DNA of 63,912 nucleotides, counting the filler, from Olpidium bornovanus S191 (taxonomy: Eukaryota > Fungi > Olpidiomycota): the NCBI GenBank assembly GCA_017911155.1. It is 27 parts of 27 records of this genome, joined end to end, with 100 filler letters (N's around TTAATTAATTAA, not from the genome) between each part and the next. Parts side by side here need not be neighbours in the genome. Positions count along the whole stretch, not along the records: positions 1 to 2,718 come from JAEFCI010011336.1; positions 2,819 to 8,116 come from JAEFCI010002307.1; positions 8,217 to 11,308 come from JAEFCI010004011.1; 24 more parts are not named here. One strand, written 5' to 3'. The translations under genes and the position numbers were made by a program. Positions 1 to 10,659 of this stretch are shown here, piece by piece (position 1 is the stretch's first letter; each line of letters begins with the position of its first letter). The notes under the pieces are model-generated. The model was given only the letters and a program-made list of their open reading frames with translations, was not told the DNA's origin and did no database searches.

Positions 1-34
<34 letters not shown>

Positions 35-161
35 GACCCGCCGCCAACATCCCCGCCCCTCTCCCTCTCCCGTCCCCTCCTCTCCTCCCGAAAGCGACAC
101 CGGCCCCGAACCCGCCTGAACGCCGCCCGCCCGCCCGCCCGCCCGGAAGAACCAGTGGACA

Positions 162-2554
162 ATGGGACGCCGGGCCAGGAACAAGCAGCCGCCGCCCGAG
201 GCTCTCCCGCTGCCCGCCGGAGACCGTGCGCCGCGCAGAAAGAAGCAGGCCACCGCCGCGCCGCACGCGAAGAAACCCGCCGCCGCCGCCGCCGCCGCTC
301 CCGCCACGCCGAAAAGCTCCGCGTCGCTGCCAGCCGGGAGCGCGTCGAACAACAGGCGGCGAGGCGGCCGCGTCAGGAAGAGCCGGCCGCAGCAGCAGAA
401 ACCGAAGAAGGAGGAGGAGACGGCCGCCGCCGGCGGGAAGAAGAGGAAAAGGCCCACCGAGAACGAGGACGACGACGACGACGACGACGACGACGAGGAG
501 GACGAGGACGAGGACGAGGACGGCAGCGTACGTCGGATCGTTTATGCCAACTGCGAGTTTGTCGGACGGCAGCGAGCCGGCCGCGGTTCGCGGCCCCGCG
601 GGCGTCAAAACTGATAGCACTGCGTGTTTGCTGCACAGGCCGACGTGCTTCAGGACGCGGAAGAGTCCCTCTTCGACGACGACGGCGACGAGGATGCGTC
701 TGTACAAGATGACGAGTTCCCGGCCGCGAAGGAGAGCCTTTTCGACAGCGAGGACGGCGAAGAGGACGGCGACAGCGAAACTGGCAGCGGAGACGCAGAA
801 GGGGAAGAGGAGAAGGTGGAGGGGGGGGAGGAGGGGGAGAGGGAGGATTCGGAAGACGAACTCACCCCGTTCGAGCGGAAATCGCGGAAGCTCGAGGCGC
901 GGCTGAAGCGGGACGCGGAGCTCGCGAGTGCCGAGGAACGGGATATGCGGCAGCGGAACGAGTTTCAAACCAACATCCTCGACGGTCCCGCCGAGCGGTT
1001 CGTCCTCCCCTCGGGGCAGGAGATCAAAAAGGAGGCGGTCGCCCCGGACCTGCACGTGGTCCGGCAGCGCACCAAAGAGATCATAAACGTTCTCAACAAC
1101 TTCCGGGAGCTGCGCGACCCGGGCCGTCCGCGCTCGGATTACGTCGAACAGCTCATCCGCGACCTTGCGTTCTACTACGGCTACTCGGAGTTTCTAATGG
1201 AGAAGCTGTTCTACTTGTTTGCCGTCGACGAGGTCGTCCTCTTCCTCGAGGCCAACGAGGTGCCGCGCCCGGTCACCATCCGGACCAACACTCTCAAGAC
1301 CCGCAGGAGGGACCTTGCCCAGGCCCTGATCAACCGCGGTGTCAACCTCGAGCCCATTGGAAAGTGGACCAAGGTCGGCCTGCAGGTTTTTGATTCTCCT
1401 GTGCCAATAGGTACGGTCCTCTCCTTTCCTTTTTTTGGGTGGTGGGGGGGGGGGGGGGGGGGGGGGGGAAACGAAATGTGGAGAACCGTTTGAATTGCGT
1501 TCTCGGTGGGTGGTGGCTGAACGTCTTTGCCATGACATGGTCACCTCCTAGGTGCCACGCCCGAGTATTTGGCTGGGCACTACATGCTCCAGGCGGCGTC
1601 CTCCTTCTTGCCCGTAATGGCCCTCGCTCCTCAGGAAAACGAGAGGCTCCTCGACATGGCCGCAGCCCCTGGTGGTAAAACGGCGTACATGGCTGCGTTG
1701 ACAAAGAACACCGGGTGCATCTTTGCGAACGACCCGGACAAGGGCCGTACCAAAGCTCTCGGTGCCAACATACACAGGATGGGTGCGTGGTGTCGCCGCT
1801 TTTTTTTCTTTTTTTTTGTTTCCCGGCTGAAATTCTTTCGGGAACCGTGTCGCATCACGCTCTGCTCTTACGCATGCTCGGCGGAACCGCAGGCGTCCAG
1901 AACGCAATTGTTTGCAACTACGACGGTCGTGAGTTTCCGGAGGTCATCGGCGGCTTCGATCGCGTTCTGCTCGATGCCCCCTGTTCCGGCACGGGAGTCA
2001 TTTCCAAAGACCCTTCTGTGAAGATTAACAAGGTGCGTAGTGTCGTTCGTTTGAAATCCTTCCCGTAACGGCGCACGCGGCCTCTTGGCTCCGCGCGTCT
2101 CCCCAGGCTCCTCTCGAATTACCGGTTTCCTGGGCGCTCACCGCGTCCTCCCTTCCCGCCCCCCCCGCCCACCCCGCCCCCGGGCGCCCGTCAGACGGAG
2201 AAAGACTTCCGGCTCCTCTCGCACATCCAGAAGGAGCTCATCCTCTCGGCGATCGACTCGTGCGACGCCAACTCGAAGACCGGGGGCTACGTCGTCTACT
2301 CGACGTGCTCGGTGTCGGTCGAGGAGAACGAAGAGGTGGTGGATTACGCGCTCCGCAAGCGGCCCAACGTTAAGCTCGTCGCCACGGGGCTCGAGTTCGG
2401 CCGCGAGGGGTTCACCAAATTCCGCGGCAAGGTGTTCCACCCGAGCCTCGCGCTCACCAGGCGGTACTACCCGCACGTCCACAACATGGACGGGTTTTTT
2501 GTCAGCAAGTTCAGGAAACTGAGGAACAAGATACCGAGCAAGGCCGAGGAATGA
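162..2554 (+). CDS. NOP2: 25S rRNA cytosine-C5 methyltransferase Nop2 (NSUN1 family), complete, 5 exons
   Basis: Exons 162-527, 639-1410, 1552-1782, 1893-2032, 2195-2554 join in frame through GT-AG introns. N-terminus MGRRARNKQ; motifs [82 protein letters not shown]. Confidence 0.96.
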
Positions 2555-2718
2555 CGGGTGGGGGCCGGAAGGTCCGGAGGTGGAGCGGGGGGGGGGGATG
2601 GGGGCGGCGGAGAAAACATCTTTCGGGGAAGTGGGAAAAAAAAAACCACAGCGCCAGAGACGGGTGCGTAGATTCCTGATAAAGATTCCGTTGTGCCCTA
2701 TTTCCCTCCTCCACGACC

Positions 2719-2818
2719 NNNNNNNNNNNNNNNNNNNNNNNNNNNNNNNNNNNNNNNNNNNNTTAATTAATTAANNNNNNNNNNNNNNNNNNNNNNNNNN
2801 NNNNNNNNNNNNNNNNNN
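2719..2818. other. Artificial contig-joining spacer (first of 26 identical ones)
   Basis: N44-TTAATTAATTAA-N44 puts stops in all six frames. It recurs at about 8117, 11309, 12765, 15853, 17127, 18453, 19927, 23049, 25011, 27860, 30397, 31537, 34240, 37059, 39465, 41193, 45440, 46574, 49581, 52004, 53784, 56275, 57554, 58836 and 60498. Confidence 0.98.
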
Positions 2819-3398
2819 CCCTTTCGACTGCACTGGCAGCCCTCGTCACCTTACCTGCAGCACCGTCTCAGACCTGACGAGGGAGAGGAATATAACGCTG
2901 TGAACCTTGCCGCAGTACATGGTAGCAACGCCTCTTCGATAATGACCTGGAACCCGACCTCTCCCGTTGCCTCCGCCACAGGACTGACCCTCCTGCAGAC
3001 AGAGGCGGACTACCAGCTGGCGATTCGGCAGCTGGAGGCCCGCCTGGCAGAGGTGACCGCGTGTACTGCGGCAAGGTTATGCGTCTATTTCTATCCTCGT
3101 CAGGTCTGAGGCAGTGCTACAGGTAAGGTGACGAGGGCTGACAGTGCAGCTCGAAAGGGAAAAACTAGTCGGAGGCTCGGAGATATTCTGCAATATCTTA
3201 TATTACGGCGCCGGTACTGGCAGCGGGCTCGGAGATATTCCACAGGCCATTATTGTGGCGCCGGTATTGGCGCCAGGCCTTGGAATTATTCTTCGCAGCC
3301 ACAGCGTGGTGGTAATTTGCCGATGCTAAGGCTTACCCCAGCGCTGGTGCTCACTCTACACACCGTCTAGGTCTTGGTCTAGAGATCTTGATCTGGAG

Positions 3399-3466
3399 GT
3401 CACGTGACGTCGCGGCTAGACACACCAGTGTGTCTAGTGATCTCGGCGAATTCTAGGTCACGTGAC
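3399..3466. promoter_or_regulatory. Pair of palindromic GTCACGTGAC E-boxes flanking a perfect hairpin
   Basis: GTCACGTGAC at 3399-3408 and 3457-3466; CTAGACACAC-CA-GTGTGTCTAG (10-bp stem) at 3416-3437. The sequence is certain; the regulatory function is inferred. Confidence 0.45.
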
Positions 3467-4700
3467 TTTGGCGCTTGGCGGGCTATCCTCGATAAGGACT
3501 TGACGTAGCTCAAGAGGGGTTTGACGCCACCGGAGCGCGCTCCGTGACACCCCTCCCACTTTTCGGCGTCCGAAAAGTCAAAACAAACCAAAGCGCGCTC
3601 TTGCCGAGCTTAAATCGTGGTGGACATAAAAGGCTAGCGTCACAGTCCTCCGCAACGTCCGCCGCCGCCCCCTCCATAGAGCAGACATGGAGTCATCCGA
3701 CGCCCTTTGAAAGCGCATAGACGGGGCGCTATAGCGCGCCCGGCGCGCCGCAGCCGTCTCCGAAGGCTGGTGCGAAGACGATTCGCTCCAAGGGCAACGC
3801 GCGAAAGTCGAAGTATGTCTCTCATATACCGGAGTGTCATGACGACTCGTGTACCATGGTGGAAACTCGTGTCGGCGGGAGCGCTCCCAGCCTTTGTAAG
3901 GGACATGGGCGGCTTGGTCGGAGGGCCCCCGGCGAGAGCTTGCTGCATCCCTTGGAATGTCTGGGCGCTACCGTTGCGTGAAGTTGAAGCCATGGTCGTG
4001 ACAGTCATGGTCGCTCTGTTGTTTGCGCGCGAGGCGCGCAGCGCCTCTTCGGTGCACTAGACGCGCCTCTTTTGGAGATCTGCTGGGCAGGGGTGTCGTC
4101 CATGGCAACGGCGACATCCACCTCGTTTGCGACGAGGAGGTTCCAGGCTTGGACGACCCAGAGGAGGTAGTTCTCCCCGTCAGCCGCAAGGGGCTCAAAT
4201 TCGAGCGAAACCTTCTTGTTGTCCATTGGCTGCGCGGGGAGGAGGACGAGCTTCTCTTCTCGGCGGCCGGCTACTTCTCGGCAGAGCAGAGCGAGCTCGC
4301 GTAGCTCATGTGGCGCGAACGAGCGACTGTGGTTGTTCGCGCGCGGAGCGGACGCGGCATCGGTCTTGGAGCGAACGGAACGAACGGCAGCGGTCTGGGC
4401 GGGCGAGACGGTGGATGCGGGCGACGCGAACGGGCGAGGGTGACGCGGGCAAGCGCGAAAGAGCGAGCAAACAGGCGGCTGTGCGAAACGCCGAGTCCGG
4501 CGGCGCGAGACGGGCGGGCGCGAGCGGGCGACCGGACGGCGGTGGCGGCGGCTGCGTGATATGTGGCGGCGCTCGGCGGAGGCGCTCACGGCGGAGGTGG
4601 CACGGTGCGGCGGCGGCGGTGGCGAGAGAGCAAAGCTATGGGCGCCGGCAATGAGCGACAACCGCAGCGGGAGAGCGGAATGGTGACGACGGAGAGCTGC

Positions 4701-4714
4701 TGGTGCTGATAACG
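4701..4714 (-). other. Primer-binding site complementary to the tRNA-Ile(IAU) anticodon arm (half-tRNA type)
   Basis: The plus strand reads TGGTGCTGATAACG. Eukaryotic tRNA-Ile(AAU), as I recall it, reads TGGTGCTAATAACG here; the one difference is at wobble position 34 (inosine). Confidence 0.65.
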
Positions 4715-4978
4715 TGTTGCGGAAAAGGGGCTCTCTCTCTCTCTTCCTCTCTTGTTTGCGTTTGACGACGGAAGGAAGAGCTCCAGGGGGAGCCCCCCTC
4801 CCGGTCTTGACATCTATGATCACGTGACCGTAGAGCGTACTCTTTCGGTTCACATCTTTTATGCTGCTGTACAGGAAGATGTAGTGTACGATGAAGATCA
4901 CGTGGTAGTTCTAAAACACCCCCCGCCCGCGGTGGGTTAGAGTTGCCCCGCGTTAGATACAAACCAAACCTCAAAACA
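4715..4978 (-). repeat. Putative 5' LTR (about 264 bp)
   Basis: TGTT...AACA termini and the PBS directly abuts 4715. The outer boundary is less certain; an alternative TGTTTTAG start lies near 4918. No second LTR is present on this contig. Confidence 0.6.
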
Positions 4979-5004
4979 GAGGTATGTGTGTCGCACTTCC
5001 GTCC

Positions 5005-6335
5005 TTACCCTTCCACCTTTCCGTGAAATAATGTGCCTGCAATGTGGCGGCGCAACGCCGGCGAACGGTCGCGCGTCACGCAGAGACAATGAAAAACCAC
5101 GTCAGCCCCAGGAGTGACGACGATCCAGGGCACCCGCTCCCGCCCATTCCACACCCCCAATTGTCGGTTTTTTTTTGTCCTGCCAAGGTGAAATTGACTC
5201 ACTGGCATTTGCTCCTGCGTGAAAGCGAGTTGTGTTGGGGGGCGAAGAGGGGTGTGTGTGGAAACTGGGCGGAGCCGGATCCCTGCCCCGGCCATAGGTT
5301 ATGAACCCACCCCCAAGGCCAACACAGCCCCGGGGGTCACCGCCCCGGGGCCAACACAGCCCCGAGAGACCCACTGGGTCTGCCCTGCTACTGCATGGCA
5401 CTAGCTCACTGGCTAATACAACTACCTCTAGCTATGGCTCACCATTGGAACTCGGTGTCTCGCGGAGCAGCCCCCACCAGTTGCACACGCCCGCGAGAGG
5501 TGCTCTGCGGTGATGCAGGCAAATACGCCGCAGTCAGACTTGTTGGTCTGGGTCGGGTTGCCCTTGAAGTGCAACAGTGCAAAAAAGCGACCTTGAAGTC
5601 CAACAGTGCAAAAAAGCGAACGGCTCTTGTCAGGCACTTTGCCAAAAATCCAAAACTACGTAACACAAATGTGTGGTGTGGCGAACATGCCTTTGCAGGC
5701 TCTGCTGTCCAACCGTCGGCAATTACGTTTTTCGTAGCCACCTCGAGCTGGATGTAGTTTGTAAGGGCCTTGCAAACAACATGATGGTGCGGCATCACCG
5801 AAAAGGTCAGACATCGAGTAGAAGCGGGGTGAGGTGCTCGTTAAAGCGTGGTCCTCCCGAAAGAATACCTTTAAAACGGTGTCGTTGGGGGCATGAAAAA
5901 AATCATAATACAAGATTCTTTTTTGCTCATGTCCATACAGCTTCAGCGTGCGCAAAATGTACATGCTGTGAGCAACAGGACCGGCGGTAGTGGATGGGCT
6001 AACAAGCTGTCAAAAGCACCCACCGAGGACCCAGTGTTGCCCAAGGTGAATGGAAACAGACATGTAATCAAAACTAAAAATGTTTACGTTCTGGAAGAAA
6101 ACCCGGGTCTCACGTTACATATTCGCTGAACGATACCATTGCAGAGAGCCGGCAAACAATCCGCTGAGAAGGGCACCATACCTTTGTCTAGCGCTTGACT
6201 TTGTCATAGCCGTCGTCCACGAGCAATTAATAAAAGAATGTATTGAAAACATGAATCTTGGAGAATCCGGGATTTTCGCCTCGTCTTGCAATAAGAAACA
6301 AGTACTTGTTGATTACCTGGAAAACGCGGCAGAGC
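5005..6335 (-). pseudogene. Ulp1/SENP-type SUMO protease (peptidase C48) pseudogene, copy B, intron-containing
   Basis: Exonic pieces VINKYLFLIARRGENPGFSKIHVFNTFFY*LLVDDGYDKVKR*TK, NVNIFSFDYMF..PIHLGQHWVLG, KRILYYD, NPTQTNKSDCGVFACITAEHLSR, QLAFTQEQM, PALRRHIAGTLFHGKVEG*. It carries in-frame stops and frameshifts. Confidence 0.85.
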
Positions 6336-6344
6336 TGAGACGAT

Positions 6345-7400
6345 GCAGGGCACCTGCTCCCGCCCATTCCATCCCCTCCCCCTCGTCTAAATAAACATTT
6401 TTTTGTCTGACTGAGACAACATTGACTCACGGCCATTTGCTCCTGCGTGAAAGCGAGTTGCGCGCGCCGCAAGAGGCATTCTGTAGTGGGCCCTCGACGT
6501 CGACTGGCATATGACCTGTACCTATATATCCAGTCGGCCCCCGGGCACACCTGAATAGATTCCGACGTCCTTCCTCCCTTTGACGTCTCACTACAATTCT
6601 GCGCTGATGCAAGCGAATATGCCGCAGTCAGACTTGTTGGTCTGGGTCGGGTTGCCCATGAAGTCCATCGGTGCAAGAAAGCGCAGGGCTCTTGTCAGGT
6701 GCTCTGCCAAAAACCCAAAACGACGTAACACGAATGTGTGGTGACACGGACATGCCTTTGCGTGTTCTGCCATTCAACCGTCGGCATTTTCATTTTTCGT
6801 CACAGCCTTGGCCCGGGTGTAGTTTGTAAGGGCCTTGTAAACAACAAGAATACCTTTAAGACGGTGTCGTTGGGGGCATGAAAAGAATCATAATACAAGA
6901 TTCTTATTTGCTCATGTCCATAAAGGCTTCAGCGTGCGCAAAATGTACATGCCGTGAGCAACAGGACCGGCGATAGTGAATGGTCTAACTAGCTCTCAAA
7001 AGCACCCACCGAGGACCCAGTATCGCCCAAGGTGAATGGGAACAAACATGTAATCAAAACTAAAAATGTTTCAATTCTGGAAAAAAAGCCAGGTCTCACG
7101 TTACATATTCGCTAAACAAGCACATTGCGAAGAGCCGGCACACAAACACCATCCCTTAATCCAGCCCTTGACTTTGTCATAGCCATTGTCCACCAGCAAT
7201 TCGCACATTCGGAAATCCAGCATTCTCTCCTCTTTTCGCAATTAGCGACATGTACTCGTTGATTACCTGGAAAACGCGGCAGAGCAGCTGTTTGTTCGTT
7301 GCGTGTTCTGCGTTCGCGCCGAAAGGACAACAAGAAAGATTCGTACTTCGCCATTAAGTCATTCCCCGTTACTGAGAGTGGATACGAATTATGTTTCACG
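6345..7400 (-). pseudogene. Ulp1/SENP-type SUMO protease pseudogene, copy A (tandem paralog; may extend upstream to about 7750)
   Basis: TLSNGE*LNGE|VINEYMSLIAKRGENAGF, PIHLGRYWVLG (catalytic His replaced by Tyr), RILYYDSFHAPNDTVLK, NPTQTNKSDCGIFAC, AQLAFTQEQM. Exons and introns are colinear with copy B (about 85-90% identical by eye over 5880-6130 vs 6865-7115). Confidence 0.82.
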
Positions 7401-8216
7401 GCACTGCCTCCAACGCCCTTCCCGGCATGGGCAGGAACACGTCAGCAGCCGTCGCAGATCCTTGAAGTGGCCGGGCAGTTAGCGTTCACTCTTTGCCATC
7501 ATCTCTTCGGCTAACGTAGGGAGACCCAAAAAATCAGTACGCTGCACCTGTAAGGCAGGACGTGCCACGTTGAATGATTCCACAAGCATACGTTCATTGA
7601 ACACCGCGTTGGGGCGTAACGTCTCTTCGGCCACCGCTGGGAGGCCCGGTTGGCCCGTCTCCTGCTTTGGAGAGAACAGGAAAAGCGGAGTCAACTGCTT
7701 CCACGCACATACGTCCGCCAAACGCCGTGATGAACTTGTCCTCGTCCTGGTGGCCCGATTCGCGGTCCTGAAAGGCAGGAAGGGTCAAGTCGACTACTTC
7801 CCCAGACATGCTGTGCTGTAGCACAACCCTCGAACCGCCGTCTTTGACCGACGCCACGGCAGGGAGAAGGGCGGCGGGCGAGCGACGGCGGGCGAGGGAC
7901 GGCAGGACATAGGGGGAGAGGCGGTCGAAGGGCGGAGGCGGCGGGATCGAGGGCAGGACGGCCCCCAAACCCGGGGGCCGACCAATAGAATAGCCCCCCC
8001 TCGAAGCCCGCCAATCGAAGAGCGCTTCCCCCCTTCCCCCTCAAAGCCCGCCAATCGAAGAGCTTCCCCCTTGCCCCCTTTCCCCCCCAGCGCCACACGT
8101 GGGAACCCCCGCCAACNNNNNNNNNNNNNNNNNNNNNNNNNNNNNNNNNNNNNNNNNNNNTTAATTAATTAANNNNNNNNNNNNNNNNNNNNNNNNNNNN
8201 NNNNNNNNNNNNNNNN

Positions 8217-10408
8217 CATGCCAGCCTTGCGTCAATCCATCGCCAGCTCAACGGGTCGAGCGGCGATGCACGGAGCCGCTCAGCCATCTTTCGGAAATCC
8301 ACCTTGCCGGGTAAGTTCGGGTAGGACGCCAGGATCCGCCAGACAGCGTCGTAGACCTGGGGAGGCGCCACAGGAGGGTCCGCTAATAACAGAGACGCCC
8401 ACAGGGCTGGTGTCAAGTCGCTCACCGAAAAAAATAGTGGGCGGACCTCGCAACCGCGAATTTCCTTGTAAACGGTCTTCGCGCACTGATAACTTTGGGG
8501 TGTGACGAGAACGATGACGCGGTATGCCCCAGCGCCTTCGTGCAATGGTTGCGAAAGAAATGCCGCCGGGCTCGGTGGGCACAGCTTTTCAAAGTTCCCA
8601 CCAAACCCGAGGGTCTCTCCGGCTTGAGCAGAGATGCCGCAGCCACCCGCGAAGATTAGGCACGAGAATGGCGAGGTATTTACGCCAATCCGCTTGTCTT
8701 CCGCGTTCAGAACGCACTCAAGTATGGTGTGCATTGTGTGCGACTTGCCGGAACCCTCGCTTCCGACAACGACAGTCAAGAGAGGATTGTCGAGGTTCAG
8801 TAGGAGAGGCGATGCTTCGCTGCCGTCACCGCCGCCTTCGGGCATCAGACTGCCCAAAAGTCCATACGAGCGGCAGGGTGGCTGCAACTTGATGCGACGG
8901 TCAAATAGGAAGAGAAATTCCCTCCGTTTCCACGGCTTTGATTTGAGTAGCTCCTCCTCGTCGTCACTTTTCGGGTCATAATCTTTCTGCGCTTCTAAGG
9001 GCTCCGTCAATGAGTTGGTGCTAGGTCGTTCTAAACGCCAATATGCACGCAATGCCGACAGACTTGTGCTTCTGTTTGCCTTCGCAAGCTGCAAGGACCT
9101 CAATTCGGTGAGCTCCATACCGTACGCAGCCTGCTGTATATCTTTTGATATTGGTAGAGGGCTTAAGGGAACCATTGACGCAGGTACTCGTAGCTCTTGG
9201 GATGGTGTTGCCTGTTGATTCCCTTTGGACGCCTGCCTAACCGGAGTGTCGGCTGGACCAGAAACCTTCGCAAGCAAATGCGGAAGGTATAAACCATTGG
9301 TCCCTTTCACCTTATTGCCCGCAACAAGGGTCTTGGCGGCTGGTACACTCCTCGCCCGTTCGTCGCCAGAAGGGTCGCAGCTGTTGCCATGGCTGGTAGC
9401 AGTGAACGGAGTAGTTGATGGCGACGTGGCAACCTTACCGCCCAAAGGCTGAACCGATGGCGCGTGCGAAGAGAACGCCGTCGTGGCGCAGGGTGAATGG
9501 AAGGCTGGCTGAGGGAACGTTGTCGGCGGTGCCGCCTTAGGGTCACGAATAGCGATGTTCGGCCGTCCGAGAACATCTATCGAAAGGTCTACGGTATCCT
9601 CGTCGTCCTCGTCGAGGTCGTCCCCGTCGTCCTCGTAATGGTCGTCCACGTCGTCCTCGTACTGGTTGTCCCCGTCGTCCTTGTAGTGGTTGTCCCCGTC
9701 GTCCCCGTGGTGGTCGTTCTCGCCGTCTTCTATGGTCGTCTCCTGCTTGGAAAGCTGAAGACCCGGCGCCGGCTCGCCATCAAGCATCCGCTTTCCGCCG
9801 TTGTCCACTGGCTCGCGGCCCTCAACGGATAGCTCCAATTGAGCGGAACCTAGCGCGTCCTCCTCCTCGTCCACGTTCACCAAGTCCTTTGCAGTCCACG
9901 ACACCATGAACCCCTCCGAGGCATCGCCCTCTGCCGATGGGTCCGATTCCACCACGAGCTGGAGGAACAGCTGGTCCCCCGGGTCCTCTTCCACTAGTAG
10001 GATCTTGTCGTCCTTTACGACGTCCGCGGAGTCGGCTTCTGGCGCGATCTGCACGCGGGGTGCGCCAGGCAGCACCGACGCGGCTGGCACGGCATAAGCG
10101 AGGAATTTGTCCTTCGGCAGCTGCTGGACCGCCGCGCATATCCAGCCCCGCCTTCCTGGAGGGAACGGATAGCCCCGCGCGTGCAATCTTGGGGTCAGCG
10201 CCGCCTCTGCCGCGCCCGGCGCGATAAGACCCGCCCCGCCGTTCTCCTTGAGGTACTCGCGCAACACCTCTGACAGCGTCTCGACATCCTGCTCGCGCGC
10301 CATCGCGACGCGGCGGTCGGCGGGTGGGCAGCAGCTGGGGGAAACGGGGAGTGTGAAGGGGGTAAAAGGGGGTGGCTGCGGGGAGGAGAGCGGAGGAGCT
10401 GCCGCCAC
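8217..10408 (-). CDS. HerA/FtsK-like P-loop ATPase of an uncharacterised fungal family, 3'-truncated by the contig end, apparently intronless
   Basis: Open frame of about 730 codons. Walker A VVVGSEGSGKSHT is followed by PFSCLIF, PSPAAFL, VIVLVTPQSY, VRPLFFSVSDL and ID.RL, matching my recollection of a fungal GxxGSGKSHT ATPase family. The start may be 10408 or the downstream MAREQD. Confidence 0.7.
9596..9715 (-). repeat. Coding 24-bp tandem repeat, 5 degenerate units (acidic 8-residue repeat)
   Basis: Plus-strand unit consensus GTCCCCGTCGTCCTYGTRGTGGTY. It translates on the minus strand as HHGDDGDN-HYKDDGDN-QYEDDVDD-HYEDDGDD-LDEDDED. Confidence 0.85.
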
Positions 10409-10659
10409 GCACGCCCGCCGAAACCAACCGGCCGGAAAAGTCGGCAGCGGAGCCTGGAAACGCCGCGCGCGCGCAATGTCCGTGCGGGCCGGGAGCAGCG
10501 AATCCCGTACGTTCTGCGCGGACAGAGAGGCGCGCCTGCCTCGCGTCGGTTTGTCGCGGCCCCGAACAGCTCCACTGACCGCGCGGCTCGCCCGCGCCGC
10601 GACCGACGCGGCCGTCGCTGAGAACTTCTAGTCGATGCCGACGGTCGAGAGGCCCTTAG

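Larger units (their letters stand above)
4005..4978 (-). mobile_element. Degenerate or truncated Ty1/copia LTR retrotransposon: 5' LTR, PBS and gag N-terminus
   Basis: Minus strand: LTR TGTTTTGA...CCGCAACA, then CGTTATCAGCACCA, a GC-rich leader, and ATG at 4226 encoding MDNKKVSLEFEPLAADGENYLLWVVQAWNLL. This resembles the copia gag N-terminal motif (LEF.ALD..G.NYL.W) and degenerates after about 55 codons. Confidence 0.75.

Noticed and set aside
2763-2774. TTAATTAATTAA repeated 26 times at regular-looking intervals, resembling a CRISPR or dispersed repeat
   Set aside because: Always centred in exactly 44+44 N. It is a six-frame-stop linker added by the assembly pipeline; the ORF-track endings LIN and N derive from it.
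5005-7400. RIP-like mutation (CAA to TAA, TGG to TAG, CAC to TAC in Ulp1 copies; TGC to TAC in the gag knuckle)
   Set aside because: Only a few CpA-context examples. Direct comparison of the two copies also shows several transversions and indels, so no clear RIP signature without a proper alignment.
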